From the human T2T-CHM13v2.0 reference genome, Homo sapiens: a stretch of 64,000 nt of DNA. The stretch lies in NCBI RefSeq assembly GCF_009914755.1, contig NC_060937.1; one strand, 5' to 3'. The notes under the pieces are model-generated. The model made no database searches, was not told the DNA's origin, and saw only the letters and a program-made list of their open reading frames with translations. The translations under genes and the position numbers were made by a program. This document shows positions 60,430-64,000 of the stretch, one piece after another. Every line of letters starts with the position of its first letter. Position 1 is the stretch's first letter.

Positions 60430-60665
60430 TGAGTGGAACAGTAGTAAAAAGCTTTGAGTGTTTTTCTGTTGTTGTTGTTGTTTTTTTACTGGGTGTGTGA
60501 CCTTGGGCATGTTACTTAATCCCTCTAGGTTTTAGTTTTCTTATCTATATATAAGAAGAATAATACCTACCTCAAATATTTGTTTTGAGGATTAAATGAA
60601 ATGATGCAATAAAGCACACTGTACAATTTCTGGAACATATGAATCACTGAAGACATTTTAGTTAT
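60430..60665 (+). mobile_element. MIR
   Basis: tgtgtgaccttgggcatgttacttaatccctct...taatacctacctca...gaggattaaatga. Confidence 0.85.
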
Positions 60666-61047
60666 TCTTTTATAATTAATATGCAATTGTTATTGTATTT
60701 AAAGGAAAGAGAGCTGTCTGTAGAGCTGTTTTCAGTTTTTAGAGGAGCTGAAGGGAGAGAATGTAAACAATCACTGAGCTAATAGAGTTGCTCAAAGAAT
60801 AGAAAAACAGCTCATATTCTATATGGGGAATCCATTAAGAAAGTCCAGTTTTACTTTGCCAAGTAATGGACTTATTAACAGACCTTTCAGAGTGATATTT
60901 TGTTTTGTACTAAGAAATCCTAATAGTTCAATTTGTTTCCTTGAATTCTAAATAGAAAATACTCTGGGGATGCATTACCTTAAAGAAGTTACCAACTTTA
61001 GGGAAAAATGTTTTATCACTTTCGCTTGACAAATGTCTAACAAATGT

Positions 61048-61525
61048 CTGAGACCCTTTTAGAGGATTCACAGAGTCAAAAGTATTTTCATAATAATTCT
61101 ATGGTGTTATTTGCCTTTTTTGGTTTTTTTTTTTTACTTTCTCTCGCTTACAACTGTTCAATGAAAATTTCCAGAGGCTGCATGATACATAATATTTTAA
61201 TGAAGTAAGTGCAGTAGGAGATGGAGAATCTAGTTCCTTTCTTATTAAGCCATATATTAAAGAGATTTGGAAAATCTTAATGCCATTCTTAGTAATTTTT
61301 TTTGTTTTGGAAAATATGAAGTTTTTTAAAAATAAAAATATGCTATCTGCATTGCATGAATTTGTCATTGTTATTTTAAAAAAGAATTAAGTACTTAAAA
61401 GTTCTCTGTTGAAATATAGAATATGAGAAATAATGACAGATATAATACACACAAGCAAAAGCTTTTAGAATTCTCAATTTTTAAAAGTGTAAAGAGGTCC
61501 TGGACCAAGAATTTTTGAGAACCGC
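61048..61525. mobile_element. Charlie1b-like hAT DNA transposon, left end clipped
   Basis: gagacccttt...gtcaaaagtattttcataataat...ttccagaggctgcatgat, with terminal tttgagaaccgct. Confidence 0.75.
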
Positions 61526-62119
61526 TCTTATAATCAAACACCTGTGGGTGCAAGGACATTCATGTAGTTACAGAGGCTTCCAAACAGGGCAGACGGCAAA
61601 GTGCTATCTAAGATCAGGGCTCACAATTTTATTTTGTTGTATTTATGTGTAATAAACTTTTACTGAACCTCTGTGTGTGTGAGATACAGGAATTACCTGA
61701 TTTACTCCTCACATCAACCCATAGCTTGTCCCTCTGGTCTCTCCCTGTCTTTGGTGCTATCAGAACCCTAGACTCTTGCCTGTTTCCGAGGGCACATTTG
61801 TTGCTCTCTTCATTCCTTTGTTTAATAGTAAGTGGTATGCGCTTTGCCTCTTCCTAGGCTAAAAGAGGTAGGTTAAAAAGAAGCATGGTCTTTGTCTTCA
61901 TGTAGTTTACAATCTAGAGCAGAAAACAGACGTTAAAAATAAATGCATACATAAATATGTGATTGAAAAGAATTATAAATGCTAAGATTAAGGTGTTTAT
62001 GAAAGCCAACCCAACATGAAAAATATTCTCCACTGTCCTTCCTCTTTTAAGTTGCTCAGTCTGGATCCAAAGTTCTGGGTAGCCCTATCTGGTTGGTTTA
62101 ATATAGATTGTTACACTAA

Positions 62120-62811
<692 letters not shown>

Positions 62812-63029
62812 GCAAACCCTTTTCTTATAGCTGGAAAATTATATACTACATGACTCTTGATGGAAGGCTGCCACTTACCACCGCTGGCAGCTGGAGTATA
62901 GACCATGACCTAGGCCAGGTGTACCAGGTGTATCTACTGGGACATAACAAATCTCCTGAAAATGTATTGGCTTTAAACAACAATCTTTATTTGCTCACAT
63001 AACTTCATAATCTGGAGTCTGGTGCCTTT

Positions 63030-63950
<921 letters not shown>

Positions 63951-64000
63951 AAAAGCACCCTCCAACCATCTGTCCCAGTCATGTCCTTCTGAGCGTTTGA

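Overview
This is AT-rich primate genomic DNA, human or another ape: it carries L1PA3/L1PA4-type LINEs, AluJ/S/Y and THE1B. It is dominated by interspersed repeats, and I find no intact host protein-coding exon. Main contents: two near-full-length, ORF-disrupted L1PA elements (4291-10420 and 31640-37778), a TSD-flanked ~6.9 kb ancient L1MA, an old L1MC/MD, a two-LTR THE1B, several LTRs and DNA-transposon relics, 13 Alus, an HMGN1 processed pseudogene split by an AluJ, and a Y4 RNA pseudogene whose tail has become a microsatellite. Nearly all long ORFs in the supplied track are L1, THE1 or Alu derived. I cannot support a novel gene system, CRISPR array or operon. The best second-look signals are: (i) apparently private substitutions shared by the two L1PA copies (possible gene conversion); (ii) locally templated inverted insertions and hairpins; (iii) open ORF0 frames, plus loss of the YY1 site from one L1 promoter; (iv) a strong minus-strand bias of retroelements together with a candidate plus-strand non-coding exon; (v) a very degraded Gypsy-integrase-like segment. 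Subfamily names come from my recall of consensus sequences, not from a database search.
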